Assembly: GCA_043228905.1 (NCBI GenBank)
Contig: JBHGNT010000013.1
Coordinates: forward strand, 17,298,001 to 17,362,000
Direction: 5' to 3'
DNA length: 64,000 bases
Source of the DNA: Azolla caroliniana
Taxonomy: Eukaryota; Plantae; Polypodiophyta
Shown: positions 22,583 through 35,183 of the stretch, piece by piece
Numbering within the stretch: position 1 is the first letter of the stretch
Layout of the letters: each line of letters starts with the position of its first letter
Program-made: the position numbers and the translations under genes
Notes under the pieces: generated by a model
What the model was told of the DNA's origin: nothing
Databases searched by the model: none
What the model saw: only the letters and a program-made list of their open reading frames with translations

Positions 22583-24426
22583 CATTTTTTGAGGTTGTGA
22601 TAAAGCAAACGTTGTCATGGCTAATGTCAATGTAAAAATAGCTCACAATAGATAATGGAAGGTACACAAAACATGGTTAAAAGCAAAGCCAGATGGGAAT
22701 CAACACTTAGAAAGATTGGACTGTAAAAATAAAAAAATAAAAGAGAGAGAGAGAGAGAGAGAGAGAGGATTACATGAGAAAAGCCCTATTTAGGGAGTGT
22801 TTTGACTACTATATATGCCAAAGGTGGTGCACTAGAGAAGCCTATAAAGTGTTTATGGAGCTTCAAGTTCGAGATGTTGTCTCATGGTGTGCTATTATTT
22901 TGCTTTCATGGCTATGTATGCTAAATGTGGCGAATTCAGAAAAGCAGAAATAGTCCAGTATCAATTTCGCAAGGATGTTGAAATGTTTAGAAGTGATGCA
23001 TTGTGACTACTTGTATTTGAAAGCATGTTGGGGAATCTCTAAGGGTTAACGAAGCCATGATGAGATAATTTGTAAAAGTTTATTGGAAGACAATGTTATG
23101 CTTGAGGGAATGCTGCTTTCGTTGACATGTATGCCAAATGTAACAATTTGGAAAAAACTCGCTTATTTTTTTTATGAACTTCATAGTCAAGATTTGGTCT
23201 CATGGTATTGGATATGTAGGCTAAATGTGATCAACTATGAAAAGTACATAGAGTGCTCAAGGGGCTTCTGGTTCAGGATGTATGTGGTTTCTTGGAATGC
23301 ATCCCAACATAGATCTGGCCAGAAAGCATGGACTCTTTTTTAACACAAGGCAAAATGACGGTAAGCATGGATATGATAAGGAGACACTCATGTGCTATGA
23401 GAAAATGTGAGTTGAAGGTGTGCCATTGGATGATATTACACTGGCTTGTGTCTTGAAAGCTTGTGTTAGCAATGGAGACACTACGGATGTTTCATGAACA
23501 TATGTTGAAATTATCCTCACAGGATTAGAAAAGGAGCTCCTTACCAGTGGTACTTTGGTAACTAATGTTTATGCTAAATATAGCCTACTTGCAGAAACTC
23601 AACATGTGTCTCTCAACTCACAAGTAAAGATGTAGTATTGTGGAATGCATTAATTTCAAGATTTATTGAATGTGGGGATGTTGAGAAGGTAATCTGTTGT
23701 AACAAAAAGGTGTTTCTCAAGTCATTATACCATTACTTTGCAACGTGAAATCATACAATAGTATAGTATTCATCAAGCAAATGCATGCTGCAATAATTAA
23801 GAAAGGATTCGACGCATATCTTCTTATTGGTAGTACATTGGTTGATATGTATGTTCAAATTGGATTGATTGAAGTAACACGTCAAGTTTTTGACAACTTG
23901 CTAGTCAAAGATATGATCCTATGGACTGCATTAATAATTGGTTATGTAGAATATGAGCATGGTGAGGAAGAACTAAACCTCATGAAGGAGATGCAAACAC
24001 ATAATATGCTGCCAAATACATGTGTGTTTGTTTCTGGCTTGAAAGTTTGTGGTGTTACTCAAGACATCAATCAATGTAGTGTAATACATGCCGAGATTGT
24101 GAAGAAAGGCTTACATACTGAGACCCTCATTGTCAATACCATAGTGGGTATGTAGGCCAAATGTGGTTTCCTCCAAACAACATAGGAATTTTTTATGTTT
24201 CTGTGAAAGATGCAATTTAGTGAGAGAGACAACACTTTCCTTTTTTTGAACAATGCATGCCATATATGGAGAGTTTGTAAAATCTCAGAAAGTGCTTCAA
24301 CAGGTTCCTATTTGAGATACAGTCTCTTGGACTGCACTTATTGGAGTTCACACAAACAAGTGCCTTATTGAGAAGTATGCTTGAAGGTTAACAAGTCTTT
24401 GCCATAAGACAAGCAAGAAGTCTTTT

Positions 24427-25033
24427 TGTTGGGAATCGACGCTTCGATTCACCTTCTTCTCTCGGCCACAACCGAGTAATCGCGGATCAATGCAGTAGAA
24501 AATAGGAACCACACGGAGAAACAAAAAAACGCGCGAGTACACAGGAATTAACGTGGAAAACCCAGACGGGAAAAACCACGGGAGCACAAGACTCCAACCC
24601 AACACTATACAGAGAAGTATACAATGACGAGCCGCAAGGCGACGACCTTGAGCTCGCTGTCCTCGCCACAGGCGGCGGAAATACACAGAGGCGTCTACCT
24701 CTTCCTCTCTCGCGCTCTATCTCTCTCACGACTGCTCTCTCTTCACTCCTCTAAAGTGAAAAACCAGAAAAATAAGAAGCAACACAAAAACTATTTGCCC
24801 TAAGTCATATTTATACTTATATGACTTTGGGCTATTTACAACTGTAGCCTCAGGGGCCCATAGCGAACATATTCACGGATATGTCCCTGCATCCGGATCG
24901 CTCACCGGGTACATTCGTCATCCGGTACCGAAGCCGGGGTCTTCGTCATCCGGATCCGAAACCGAAACCGGGCTTGTCGGCATCCATCTCAGATATCCGA
25001 CCATCCCATCCGAAAGGGACCGAAATCCCAACA
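24427..25033 (-). repeat. 3' LTR
   Basis: Direct repeat of 29147-29753. Confidence 0.97.
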
Positions 25034-25043
25034 AACTCCCCCT

Positions 25044-28000
25044 TCACTTCGGCATGGGATGTCTCTCCAATCCGATCCTCTTCCGGCATGCTTCCAGCTT
25101 GTCGGGTGTGAGCACCTTGGTCAGCATATCCGACCCGTTCTCGTCCGTGTGGATCTTCGTCAACACGAACTCCTTGTCTTCTATCCTTTCCCGGATCCAG
25201 TGATATCTTCGCTGGATGTGCTTCGTCCGGGAGTGATAGGCCGCGTTCTTCGCAAGGTGGATTGCACTCTGACTATCGCAGTAGAGTCGGTACTCCTCCT
25301 GTTGGATACCGAGCTCTCTAATGAAGTCCTTCATCCATATTATTTCCTTGCCGGCTTCAACAGCCGCCATGTACTCCGCCTCCGTGGTTGACAACGCAAC
25401 CGTCTTCTGCAGCCTCGACTGCCAGGAAACAGCTCCCCCTGCATACGTCATCACATACCCTGATGTGGACCGGCTGGTATCTGCATCAGCCGACATATCC
25501 GAATCGGTGAAGCCGTCGAGTTCGGGCTTACCGGAGCCGAATCGGAGGCACACGTTCGCCGTGCCCTTCAGGTATCGGAGTATCCACTTGGCCGCGTTCC
25601 AATGCTCTTTGCCGGGATTGCTCATGTACCGGCTCACCACTCCGACTGCATATCCGATGTCCGGTCTCGTACACACCATGGCGTACATCAAGCTCCCGAC
25701 GGCTGAGGCATACAACACTTTCATCATATCCTCCTTTTCAGCCTTTGTCTTGGGACTTTGCTTGCTGGACAGCTTGCAGTTTGCCGGGAGGGTCGATCCG
25801 ACCGGTCTTGCTTCCGACATGTTGAACCGGTGAAGCACCTTCGTCACGTACTTCTCCTGTGACAGCCACAACTGCTTCTTCTTCCGGTCCCGGATGATGT
25901 GCATCCCTAGTATTTGCCTCGCCGGACCCAGGTCCTTCATTGAGAAGGTTCGGTGAAGAGCCTTCTTCAGCATCCGTATCTTGACCTGGTCCCGTCCGAC
26001 GATCAACATGTCGTCCACGTACAGGAGGAGTATTAGAAAGTCTCCTCCTTCGAACTTCTTCACAAACACGCAGTGGTCGGACTGCGTTTTGAGGTACCCT
26101 TCGTCGGTCATGAAGGAGTCGAACTTCCGGTACCATTGCCGGGGAGCCTGCTTCAGTCCGTAAAGGCTCTTCTTCAGCCGGCATACCAGGTGCTCCTTCC
26201 CTTTCTTCTCGAATCCTTCCGGTTGCTGCATGTAGATCTCTTCTTCGAGGTCACCGTGAAGGAATGCCGTCTTCACGTCCATCTGTTCTACCTCGAGGTC
26301 CATGCTTGCCGCTATGCTCAGCACCGTCCGGATGGAGGTCATCTTCACTACCGGGGCAAATATCTCGTCGAAGTCGACGCCCTTCTTCTGCTGAAACCCC
26401 TTCACCACGATCCTGGCTTTGTATCTCGGGGGTTTTCCGGCATCTCCCGGTTTCAGCTTGAACACCCACTTGTTTCGAAGTGCCCGCTTTCCTTTCGGCA
26501 ACTCCACAAGTTCATATGTGTGGTTCTCATGCAGGGAATCCATCTCGTCCTGCATGGCACTCAACCACCTGCGGCTCTGAGTGTCATGTTTTGCTTCTTC
26601 AAAGCTCTCCGGCTCCCCCTCGTCGGTTAGCAGCACGTGCTCTGGTTCCGGAAATCTCCGGGGGGCCCTTCTCTCTCTTAGAGGATATCTCCGTTCCGGA
26701 GCTTCGGTAATCGGTTCTTCCGATTCTTCTTCATCCGAATCCATTTCGGGATCGGGGCCGGTTCCGGTATCATTTTCATCTTCTTCGGTCGGTTCAGTTT
26801 CTTCACCGTCTTCGGCCGGATCCTCGAGTGCTAACCGGTCCCTTGCCGGTCGGGACTGCTCCTCGTAGAGTTGATCTTCACCGGTCGACTTGGAGCTCTT
26901 CATCTTCTTCTCCGACTCCCAGTCGGCGAGTGTCTTGTCCTCCATGAAGATGATATCTCGACTCCTGAATATCTTCTTGTCGACCGGGTCCCATACTCGG
27001 TAGCCGAACTCGTCATCGCCGTAACCGAGGAATATGCATGGCCGGGTCTTTGGATCTAGCTTTCCTCTCCGGTCCTTTGCCACATGCACGTATGCGAGAC
27101 ACCCGAACACCTTCAGATGCCGGTAGGATACTTCCCTACCGGTCCACACTCTCTGCGGCGTGTCTCCGCCCAAAGGTACTGAGGGTGATCTGTTTATCAC
27201 GTATGTCGCCGTCGACATCGCCTCAGCCCAAAAACCCTTGGGTAATTCCGCATGCGCCAGCATACTCCGGACCCTCTCCATTATGGTCCGATTCATCCTC
27301 TCGGCCAGCCCGTTCAGTTCCGGCGTCTTCGGCACAGTAAACTCGAGCCGGATTCCCTTCGAGCGACAGTACTCCTGGAACTGTCCCCGGTATTCCCCTC
27401 CGTTATCCGCTCGTATCGCTTTCAGCTTCTTGCCGGATTCTCTTTCCACTCTCGCGTGGAGTTCTTTGAAGACGGACAACACTTGGTCCTTTGTCTTCAT
27501 CGGTGCCGTCCACAGTCTTCGGCTATGATCATCTATGAAAGTTACGAAGTACTGGGCTCCGCCATGTGACTTCGTTTCTACCTGACACACATCGGTGTGC
27601 ACCAACTCCAATGGTGCGCTACGTCTCGTCGGTGGCCTTGAGTGGAAGGAGGTTCGGTTCTGCTTACCGGCCAGGCAATCGGTGCACTTCTCCAGGTGCA
27701 CGTGCTTCACTGGAATAAGGTTGTCTTCTGCAAGCCTCTTCATCCCCTTCTCACTCATGTGGCACAGTCTTTTGTGCCACAGCTCACCGGCAGTGTCGGC
27801 TGCCACATTCAGCTCTTCCGGACATAACCAGGCATTCATCAGGTACAGTGTGTTGACCTTCCGGGCCCGAGCCACTATCAAGCTCCCCTTGCTGAACTTC
27901 ATGACACCGTTCCGGATGCTACCCGTGTAGCCTTCATCATCTAGCCTCCCGGCCGAAATCAGGTTCAGTCGGACCTCCGGAACGTGTCGGACATTCTTCA

Positions 28001-29117
28001 GCAGCATTTTTCATCCGGTCGGGGTTGTCAACCACACGTCTCCTATGCCGGCAATCCGGCACGTACCTTCGTTTCCCATCCGAACACAGCCATGCTCGCC
28101 GGCTGTGTAGGATGAGAAGTATCTTCTCTCCGGGGTCAGGTGGAACGATGCTCCGGAATCGACCACCCAGGTCGTCTCATCGCCGGCAATGTTTAGTTCA
28201 CCTTCTTCGGTGATGAGCATGATCTCCTCTTCACTTGCCGCGAGTGCCGTCGTTCCTTTCCGGTCCTGTCCTCGCCGATCCGAACCATTTCGGTCCGTGG
28301 CTCCCCGGTATGCACCGTTTCTCTCCGGTGACTTCTTCGAATCGGTGTTGTCGGTTCCATTGTCCTTTCGGTAATGCCGACAATTCTTTCGGAAGTGCCC
28401 GGGCTTCCCACAGTGGAAGCATGTGGGCCTTCCTCTTGACTGCGACCGGGTCCCCGACTTCTCCCGTCTTTGCGGACTCCGGTTCCATTGTCTTCCCCGA
28501 TCCGATTCGGTAAACAACATCTTCGGGTCGGAGGCCGGTTCCTTATCTCTCCGACGCGCTTCTTCATTCAAAATACTTGTCTTTACCGTTTGTAAGGACA
28601 AGTTATCTTCGGTGCAGGAGGTGCTGAGAGTCACCACCAAGTTCTCCCAGCTTTCCGGCAATGTACACATTAGGATGATGGCTTGCATTGCATCCTCCAA
28701 TGGGAACTTGATCGCCGCAAGCTGATTCACGAATCCCATGAACGTGCTTACGTGTTCCACCATACTCTCGCCGTCCCGGTACTTGAGATTCACAATCTTC
28801 CTCATCAGGGAGGTCTGGTTCAGCGCATTCTTCCTCTCGTAGAGGCCCGACAGCTTCCACCACATCTCATATGCGTTGGTGTCGTTCGCCACATGTTGTA
28901 GGACGCTTACATCGACATATTGTCGGATCGTCGCCACGGCTTTCCGGTTCAGGAGCTTCCACTCCGACTCAAGTACCCCCTTCGGTATTTCCGACCTGTC
29001 AATCGGTTCGTACAGGTCCCGAACAATCAGAAGATCCTCCATCTTGATCTTCCAGTCGGCGTAATTCTGTGCATTCAGCACCATCATCATCGGCTGCCCG
29101 CTGCCGCCGCCTTCCAT
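25044..29117 (-). pseudogene. Copia Gag-Pol with a single in-frame TGA at 28011-28013
   Basis: ORFs 28011-29159 (ATG 29117; CFHCGKPGHFRKNC, WVVDSGASFH) and 25044-28007 (LWHKRLCH, RADNGGEY, LYVDDML, TKHIQRRYHW) are in the same frame. Confidence 0.93.
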
Positions 29118-29146
29118 TTTCTGCAACAGTCGCTCTGATACCAGTT

Positions 29147-29753
29147 TGTTGGGAATCAACGCTTCGATTCACCTTCTTCTCTCGGCCACAACCGAGTAAT
29201 CGCGGATCAATGCAGTAGAAAATAGGAACCACACGGAGAAACAAAAAAACGCGCGAGTACACAGGAATTAACGTGGAAAACCCAGACGGGAAAAACCACG
29301 GGAGCACAAGACTCCAACCCAACACTATACAGAGAAGTATACAATGACGAGCTGCAAGGCGACGACCTTGAGCTCGCTGTCCTCGCCACAGGCGGCGGAA
29401 ATACACAGAGGCGTCTACCTCTTCCTCTCTCGCGCTCTATCTCTCTCACGGCTGCTCTCTCTTCACTCCTCTAAAGTGAAAAACCAGAAAAATAAGAAGC
29501 AACACAAAAACTATTTGCCCTAAGTCATATTTATACTTATATGACTTTGGGCTATTTACAACTGTAGCCTCAGGGGCCCATAGCGAACATATTCACGGAT
29601 ATGTCCCTGCATCCGGATCGCTCACCGGGTACATTCGTCATCCGGTACCGAAGCCGGGGTCTTCGTCATCCGGATCCGAAACCGAAACCGGGCTTGTGGG
29701 CATCCATCTCAGATATCCGACCATCCCATCCGAAAGGGACCGAAATCCCAACA
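29147..29753 (-). repeat. 5' LTR
   Basis: Direct repeat of 24427-25033. Confidence 0.97.
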
Positions 29754-30009
29754 CTTTTTGAATGGTCTAGTTTAATTTCCAGATATGCTTGAACGGAGAA
29801 ACTGTGCAGAAAACATTTAGCACAATTATGGTTTCAAATATCGTCTCATGGAATGCACTAAAAAGAGTCTATAGAGACTATGGATATGCCGAGGAGGGGT
29901 TGTATTAGTTTTGAATAGATGCAACACAATATATGTATATAGTTTTCCTTTAATTTTAATACCAATGGAGGATATTTTTTATGGAAAAAAAACATAGTGG
30001 TTGAATGCA

Positions 30010-30497
30010 TGTTAATAAAGTATCTCCTTGTTTGTTTGTTTGCTTGCTTGCATTTTGTCATTAGAAGGAGAATAGATTCTCCTTGTACCCTTTAGGAAAC
30101 TCCTCTGAAGGAAGAGAACATAATGTTTAACAATTAACAAATAGATCTTGTAAAGGATATGGGATCATGTGTCAAATACACAAGATCATGAACACACATT
30201 CATTAATAATGTTTGACGACATTGTGTTGAATACACATTGCTTAATAATGCATGGTTAATGTGGAGACATGGAGTAAAAACATTCCGTTGTGAGATATGT
30301 GTTGAGCTAATATTATTGCTCATACTTAAATTTCCTTGCATTAAACATAACGTTCAAAGACATTGTCATTTTCTCTTTCACTGCCTATATCTTCATTGCT
30401 CATGCCTTAATCTCATCAAAGACATTTTTATGTTCACCTTTGGGAAGTCGTTGATTTTGTACTCACACAACTATCATCTTTTCCCTTCAAGAAGGGA
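30010..30497 (+). repeat. Diverged duplicate of 32440-32938 (3' flank of the kinase pseudogene unit)
   Basis: Collinear blocks, e.g. GGATATGGGATCATGTGTCAA and CAACTATCATCTTTTCC..CAAGAAGGGA. Confidence 0.85.
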
Positions 30498-30966
30498 CTA
30501 GTGTCACACCTGGCAATGCACGTTTTTTTGCGACACTCGGCGAGGAGAAAGAAGGCACATTGATAAGTTTTTTTGTTTGAAGTAGTTGGCAAAAGTGAGG
30601 TGAAAAAGAATTTTTTATTCTTATTTTTACTTTTGATCTCTAAAGACTCTATTTACCATATAGAATAGGTCAAATAGGGTGTAAAGCAGTCGGTTCCATA
30701 AAATGTGGACCAAATAGACTCTGAAAATGGGCACACTTGCATTGTGTTTGGGACTTTGTCCAACACTAGTCTGTGAAGGCCGCCAACGTGTTGCTCACGT
30801 CCGGCTTCGTGGCCATGTTGGGCGACTTTGGGCTGCTACGCCTCCTCAAGGACGACAAACACATGACCCAAACCATGACGGCCGCCGACACTCCCGGATA
30901 CACCGCACACGAGGCCGTGTTCACACGCACGCCGACCGACAAAGTGGACGTGTATAGCTACAACGT

Positions 30967-31867
30967 TGTCGTGAAGAATTTCGGCAATGGTGTGAAAATC
31001 GCATAAAACATACGAAATCGAGTATAAATAATATAAAACAATAATAGTACAAAAAGATGGAGGTCTTCAAGAGCTTTCAAGTGCACTTTACTACATAAGA
31101 AATGGACATCTAAGTCTCAAGTTTTGTGGGTAAGAAGTTTGCAAAGGAAAATAGAAAGATAAAACTGTGAGATATCCCACATAGACAGGACAAATAAGGA
31201 TCTCACCATATATAAGGCAGAGCAAAAGCTATTATCTTTATGTCTATGTGAGGAGCACACATGTTCCAGAGATTTGGGCAGTTGCAGAAAGCCAACGTGA
31301 GACCCAAGAGATGGACGGTGGTGATACCCATGTAGGACACTCCATCTAGAGACTTAGGCAATTACGTTGAGAACCAACATGGGACCCAAGAGACAGATGG
31401 AGTGTCCCACATGTTCCAGAGATTTGGACAGTTGCAGAAAGCCAACGTGAGACCCAAGAAATGGACGGTGGTGATACCCATGTAGGACACTCCATCTAGA
31501 GACTTGGGCAATTGCGTTGAGAACCAACGTGGGACCCAAGAGACAAATGGTAGGAAAGGAATGTAAAATTGAAAGGTAAAAAATTAGAATGTAAAAAAGG
31601 AGTGATGTATTAATCAAGAAATTAAAAGTAAGAGATTCGTTATCCAATTGATGTATGAATCTTGTTCTTCAAATCTAAAGTCAAGAGTTCAATCTTAATC
31701 TCTTGCAATCTAAAGTCAAGCGTTCTATCTTATCTCAATCTCTCTCTTTTTTTCAATCTATCTTAATTCCTTTCTCGCTAAAGCTAGTGCAAACTTCGAG
31801 TCCTTCCGATCCAGAACCCCGATGGTTCTGCCTCACGATCCGCACTTAGTGACGGATCTTCACGACA
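30967..31867 (+). mobile_element. Solo LTR (901 bp) with 11-bp terminal inverted repeats and 4-bp TSD
   Basis: TGTCGTGAAGA..TCTTCACGACA; ACGT at 30963-30966 and 31868-31871. Removal restores the kinase frame. Orientation inferred from the CT-rich 3' part. Confidence 0.88.
31258..31550 (+). repeat. Tandem duplication, 2 x 150 bp, inside solo LTR
   Basis: ATGTTCCAGAGATTTGG at 31261 and 31411. Confidence 0.92.
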
Positions 31868-34199
31868 ACGTGCTCGCCCTAGAGGCGGCGTGTGGCCGCC
31901 AGGTCATCGACCTAAGTTTCGATGTAATCGAGGAGGAGCGGATGCTTCTCAATTGGGCGTGGTCGAAGCGAGAGAGCGGTTACCCTAATGGACGTGTTGG
32001 ATCCTCGGATGGAGATGATAGATAGGTGGGGAGGTGAACACCACAATTTGGAGGTGCATCCTACATGTCGAGCTCAAGTGTTGCCATCCGATCCTCGAGG
32101 CACGACCCGAAATGCAACAAGTGCTCCATACCTTACAAAATGGAGTAGTGTTGCCCCGTGAGACTTCACGGCCTCCATAGCCTGGTTCTTATGTCCTTCA
32201 CTATCACGGGCTTTTTTATGAAAGCAATTCTACTACCTCTCTCTCTAGTTATAGTGGTCACTTCGGGCCACTATACCAGTTCGTCCAACGGCTCTCGTAA
32301 CACTACCTCGATAAGCTAACAATGTATATTTTTGTACCTAAGGATGTAAGTGAGTCAAACTTAGGTCTATAGTTACATAATTACGTCTACTAGATGTGGT
32401 ATTGTACTCCTCCCTGTAGAACATTTCCTTGGATGCATGTCCATAAATATGTCCCCTTGTTTGTTTGTTTGGTCAGTGACAAAAAAATGTCGTTTTTTTG
32501 TCACTGAGCTTTAAGGAGAATGGATTCTCCTCTTACTCTTTAGGACACTCCTCCCATGCAAGACAACTTAGTGTTAAAAAATTAACAAATAAATGTTGTG
32601 AAGGATATGGGATCATGTGTCAATTACACAAGATCATGGACACACATTCATTAACAATGCTTGATAGACATTGTGTTGAAAACACATTGATTGTTAATGA
32701 GGAGATACACGTAGGCAAAACATTCCATTATGAGGTATGTGTCGAGCTAATATTATTGTGCATAGCTAAATTGCATTGCATTAAACAAATCGTTGCTATT
32801 TTCTCACACTTTCTATATCTTTGTTGCGCATGTCTTAATCTCATAAAAGACATTTTTTTGCTCGCCTTTCACTTGGGAAGCCACTCATGTTGTACTCACA
32901 CAACACACAACTATCATCTTTTCCATTCAAGAAGGGAATAAGGAAGTTATCCAACCTTCAACATGTAATTCTTTAATTTTATTTTCTAACCTCTTTTTCC
33001 TTCTTAACATTTAGGGAATGTTTTCTTAGCAAAAAATGTGCACATCACATGCACATAAAATGCACATATTTGAGATACATTATTAATATCTTACAAATTT
33101 TTATTATGTAATCCAAAGCTTCTCCATGATTCCATGGCCAACCATTTTAATCATCCTTTTCAGTTATGTTTGTTCCTATAATATATTAATGATGAATAAC
33201 TAGGAAGGCTTGAAGGAGGTTATGTTTCCATTGACTCCATATCTAGGAGGAGTTTAGAAACATACCAATGTCGTTGATAAACATAAGAGAAAGAGGCATT
33301 AATGAGACATTATATTAATAGCCACACAAAAGTACATCTATAGCATTATGGAAAGACAAAGCACAAAGATAAACGAGGACGTAGATGAATTGGTGCACTT
33401 ATTAAACTCTTCTCATAAAGAGTTTTATAAGTACTCAATTGTGGGGAAAAGAGAAACTCCCAACTATAGAGCTTCCTAGATGAAGGTGATGGCTATGTGG
33501 TAGAGTGTAGCCGTGGTCCAAATGTTATATTTTATTTGCCAATATATATTTAAAATATTGTCGTCCCTTTTCTCTTCATTCTTTTCAATAATATATTGGT
33601 TTGACTTCCAATAACCTTAGTGTTTGTAAAACTCCTCTATATTGTTTCATAACTCTCGATATTGCATAATTAGAAGAACATTATACAACGTTGTAACACC
33701 ATTGCTTTGATTTCTAGTGATTGAATCAATACATTAAGAGGTTCCAATCTACTTTCTGTTTTGGATTTAATAGTTGATGACAACATGAGCTCCCTCACCA
33801 TACATTTGACTTGGTAACAATAATGTAGGGGGGAAGGGGTTCAATGATATGTCATCAAAGTGTGGCTTGAGATCATGGAAGTTGTTTATGAGTTGCAACT
33901 AATGCAATCATCTGGGATGCCAATATGGATTTTCCCAATTCTCCCTTCGTATTGACAATCCAAATAGATACATTTATACTATATTCAAAAATTGCCAAGG
34001 ATGAGGTAGGATTGCAACTAAAAGGTGAGCATAGGTATATTGATTGTGCAATGTTCCTCATGTTGGTGACGATGTTGATCAACATAAGCCCTATGGTGTC
34101 CTTGTAGCACCTCAAGATATAGCAAGTCCTCAAGTCAAGCTTTGGCCACGATGAGATGCACTGTCAAGCTAATATACCATATGTACATGACATCCCCAT

Positions 34200-34660
34200 T
34201 TATGAATGGTTGTACGAAAGACGAGGTATATATGGAGCAAATATTAGGTTTCAAGCTACATGATTAAAGAAAACATGTTATTAAGGTTTGAAAAGCTCAA
34301 CGTGGGTTGAAACAGGCACTACTAGCTTGTTATGAGAAATGTATGGATTCCTCACAAAAAGGCAAATTTAAGATGCTTCTAACAGATTCAACCCTCCACA
34401 CAAAACCAAAGGTTCACATATATGCTATGTGTGTAACAATTTGGTCTTCTTGAGCAACATTGGCGCCAATCGTGATCGAACTAAGGAAAAATAGAGTTTC
34501 AAGTTCAAGACAACGGGTTTAGGTCTATTGTAGTTTAGTTTGGGGCCAAAAGTGTATCCAAGGGACACAGAGATGTTTGTTGCTCAAACCAAATATGCTT
34601 GCACTTAATTTTGAATTTAGCCTTCGAGGTGGAGGGTTCTAAATGAGCATCTACACCGAA
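34200..34660 (+). pseudogene. Possible very old Copia RT relic
   Basis: Degenerate GLGLL.F.LG and MFVAQTKYA resemble the Copia DLG..YFLG..SQ.KY segment. Confidence 0.3.
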
Positions 34661-34851
34661 TTGACGTGAAATGAACCTGGATTAACCAAGCTAGATGGGA
34701 GCAGAAAACTGGAGGGAGTAGGCCAGGGTGGCAGTTTGGTCAACGATTGCTTGTATTTGTGGAGAATGAGATTGGAGAATTGATCATGAATGTGCTGGAA
34801 ATGCGCTCAACAACCTTTATGATATGTTCCCCCAAGGAATATGTCCAGAAC

Positions 34852-35148
34852 TGTTGAGAATCAAGCTCAACCTAGTCTAGTGTGTGAACACACCCTTGAG
34901 AGTGTGCACTCAAAGGTCAAAAGTCACCACTCTTATCCACACATTAACTATGTGTCATAGAATCATATTCTATGACACATAACTAATGTGCTTTCACATT
35001 CCCCATTACCATGAGCTTCGGTAGTTAATGAAGAGAGAGAGTGACTATATAAGGCACTCTCCTCCTACTTTGTAAGAAGTTTGGTTAATCTCCTTTGTAA
35101 TATACATTGTCTTGAGTATTATATTCTTGTTCAAATCTATCTATCTTG

Positions 35149-35183
<35 letters not shown>

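Larger units (their letters stand above)
24427..29753 (-). mobile_element. Full-length Ty1/Copia (Tnt1/Tork-like), recent, one nonsense mutation
   Basis: 607-bp LTRs 24427-25033 and 29147-29753 (4 differences seen), TSD CTTTT at 24422-24426 and 29754-29758, iMet PBS 29132-29143, PPT 25034-25045. Confidence 0.97.
22790..29930 (+). pseudogene. Heavily degenerate PLS-class pentatricopeptide-repeat (PPR) pseudogene, split by the Copia at 24427-29753
   Basis: Repeated MYAKCG, DVVSW and WNALI-type motifs; ORF 23745-24155 has GSTLVDMYVQIG..QVFDNLLVKDMILWTALIIGY. Continues after 29758. Confidence 0.82.
30772..32320 (+). pseudogene. Receptor-like kinase pseudogene copy 2 (5' truncated), split by a solo LTR
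   Basis: VKAANVLLTSGFVAMLGDFGL..KVDVYSYN|VLALEAACGR..; close paralogue of copy 1. Confidence 0.88.

Noticed and set aside
25059-29138. Many plus-strand ORFs opposite the Copia polyprotein
   Set aside because: Antisense shadows of a GC-rich coding strand.
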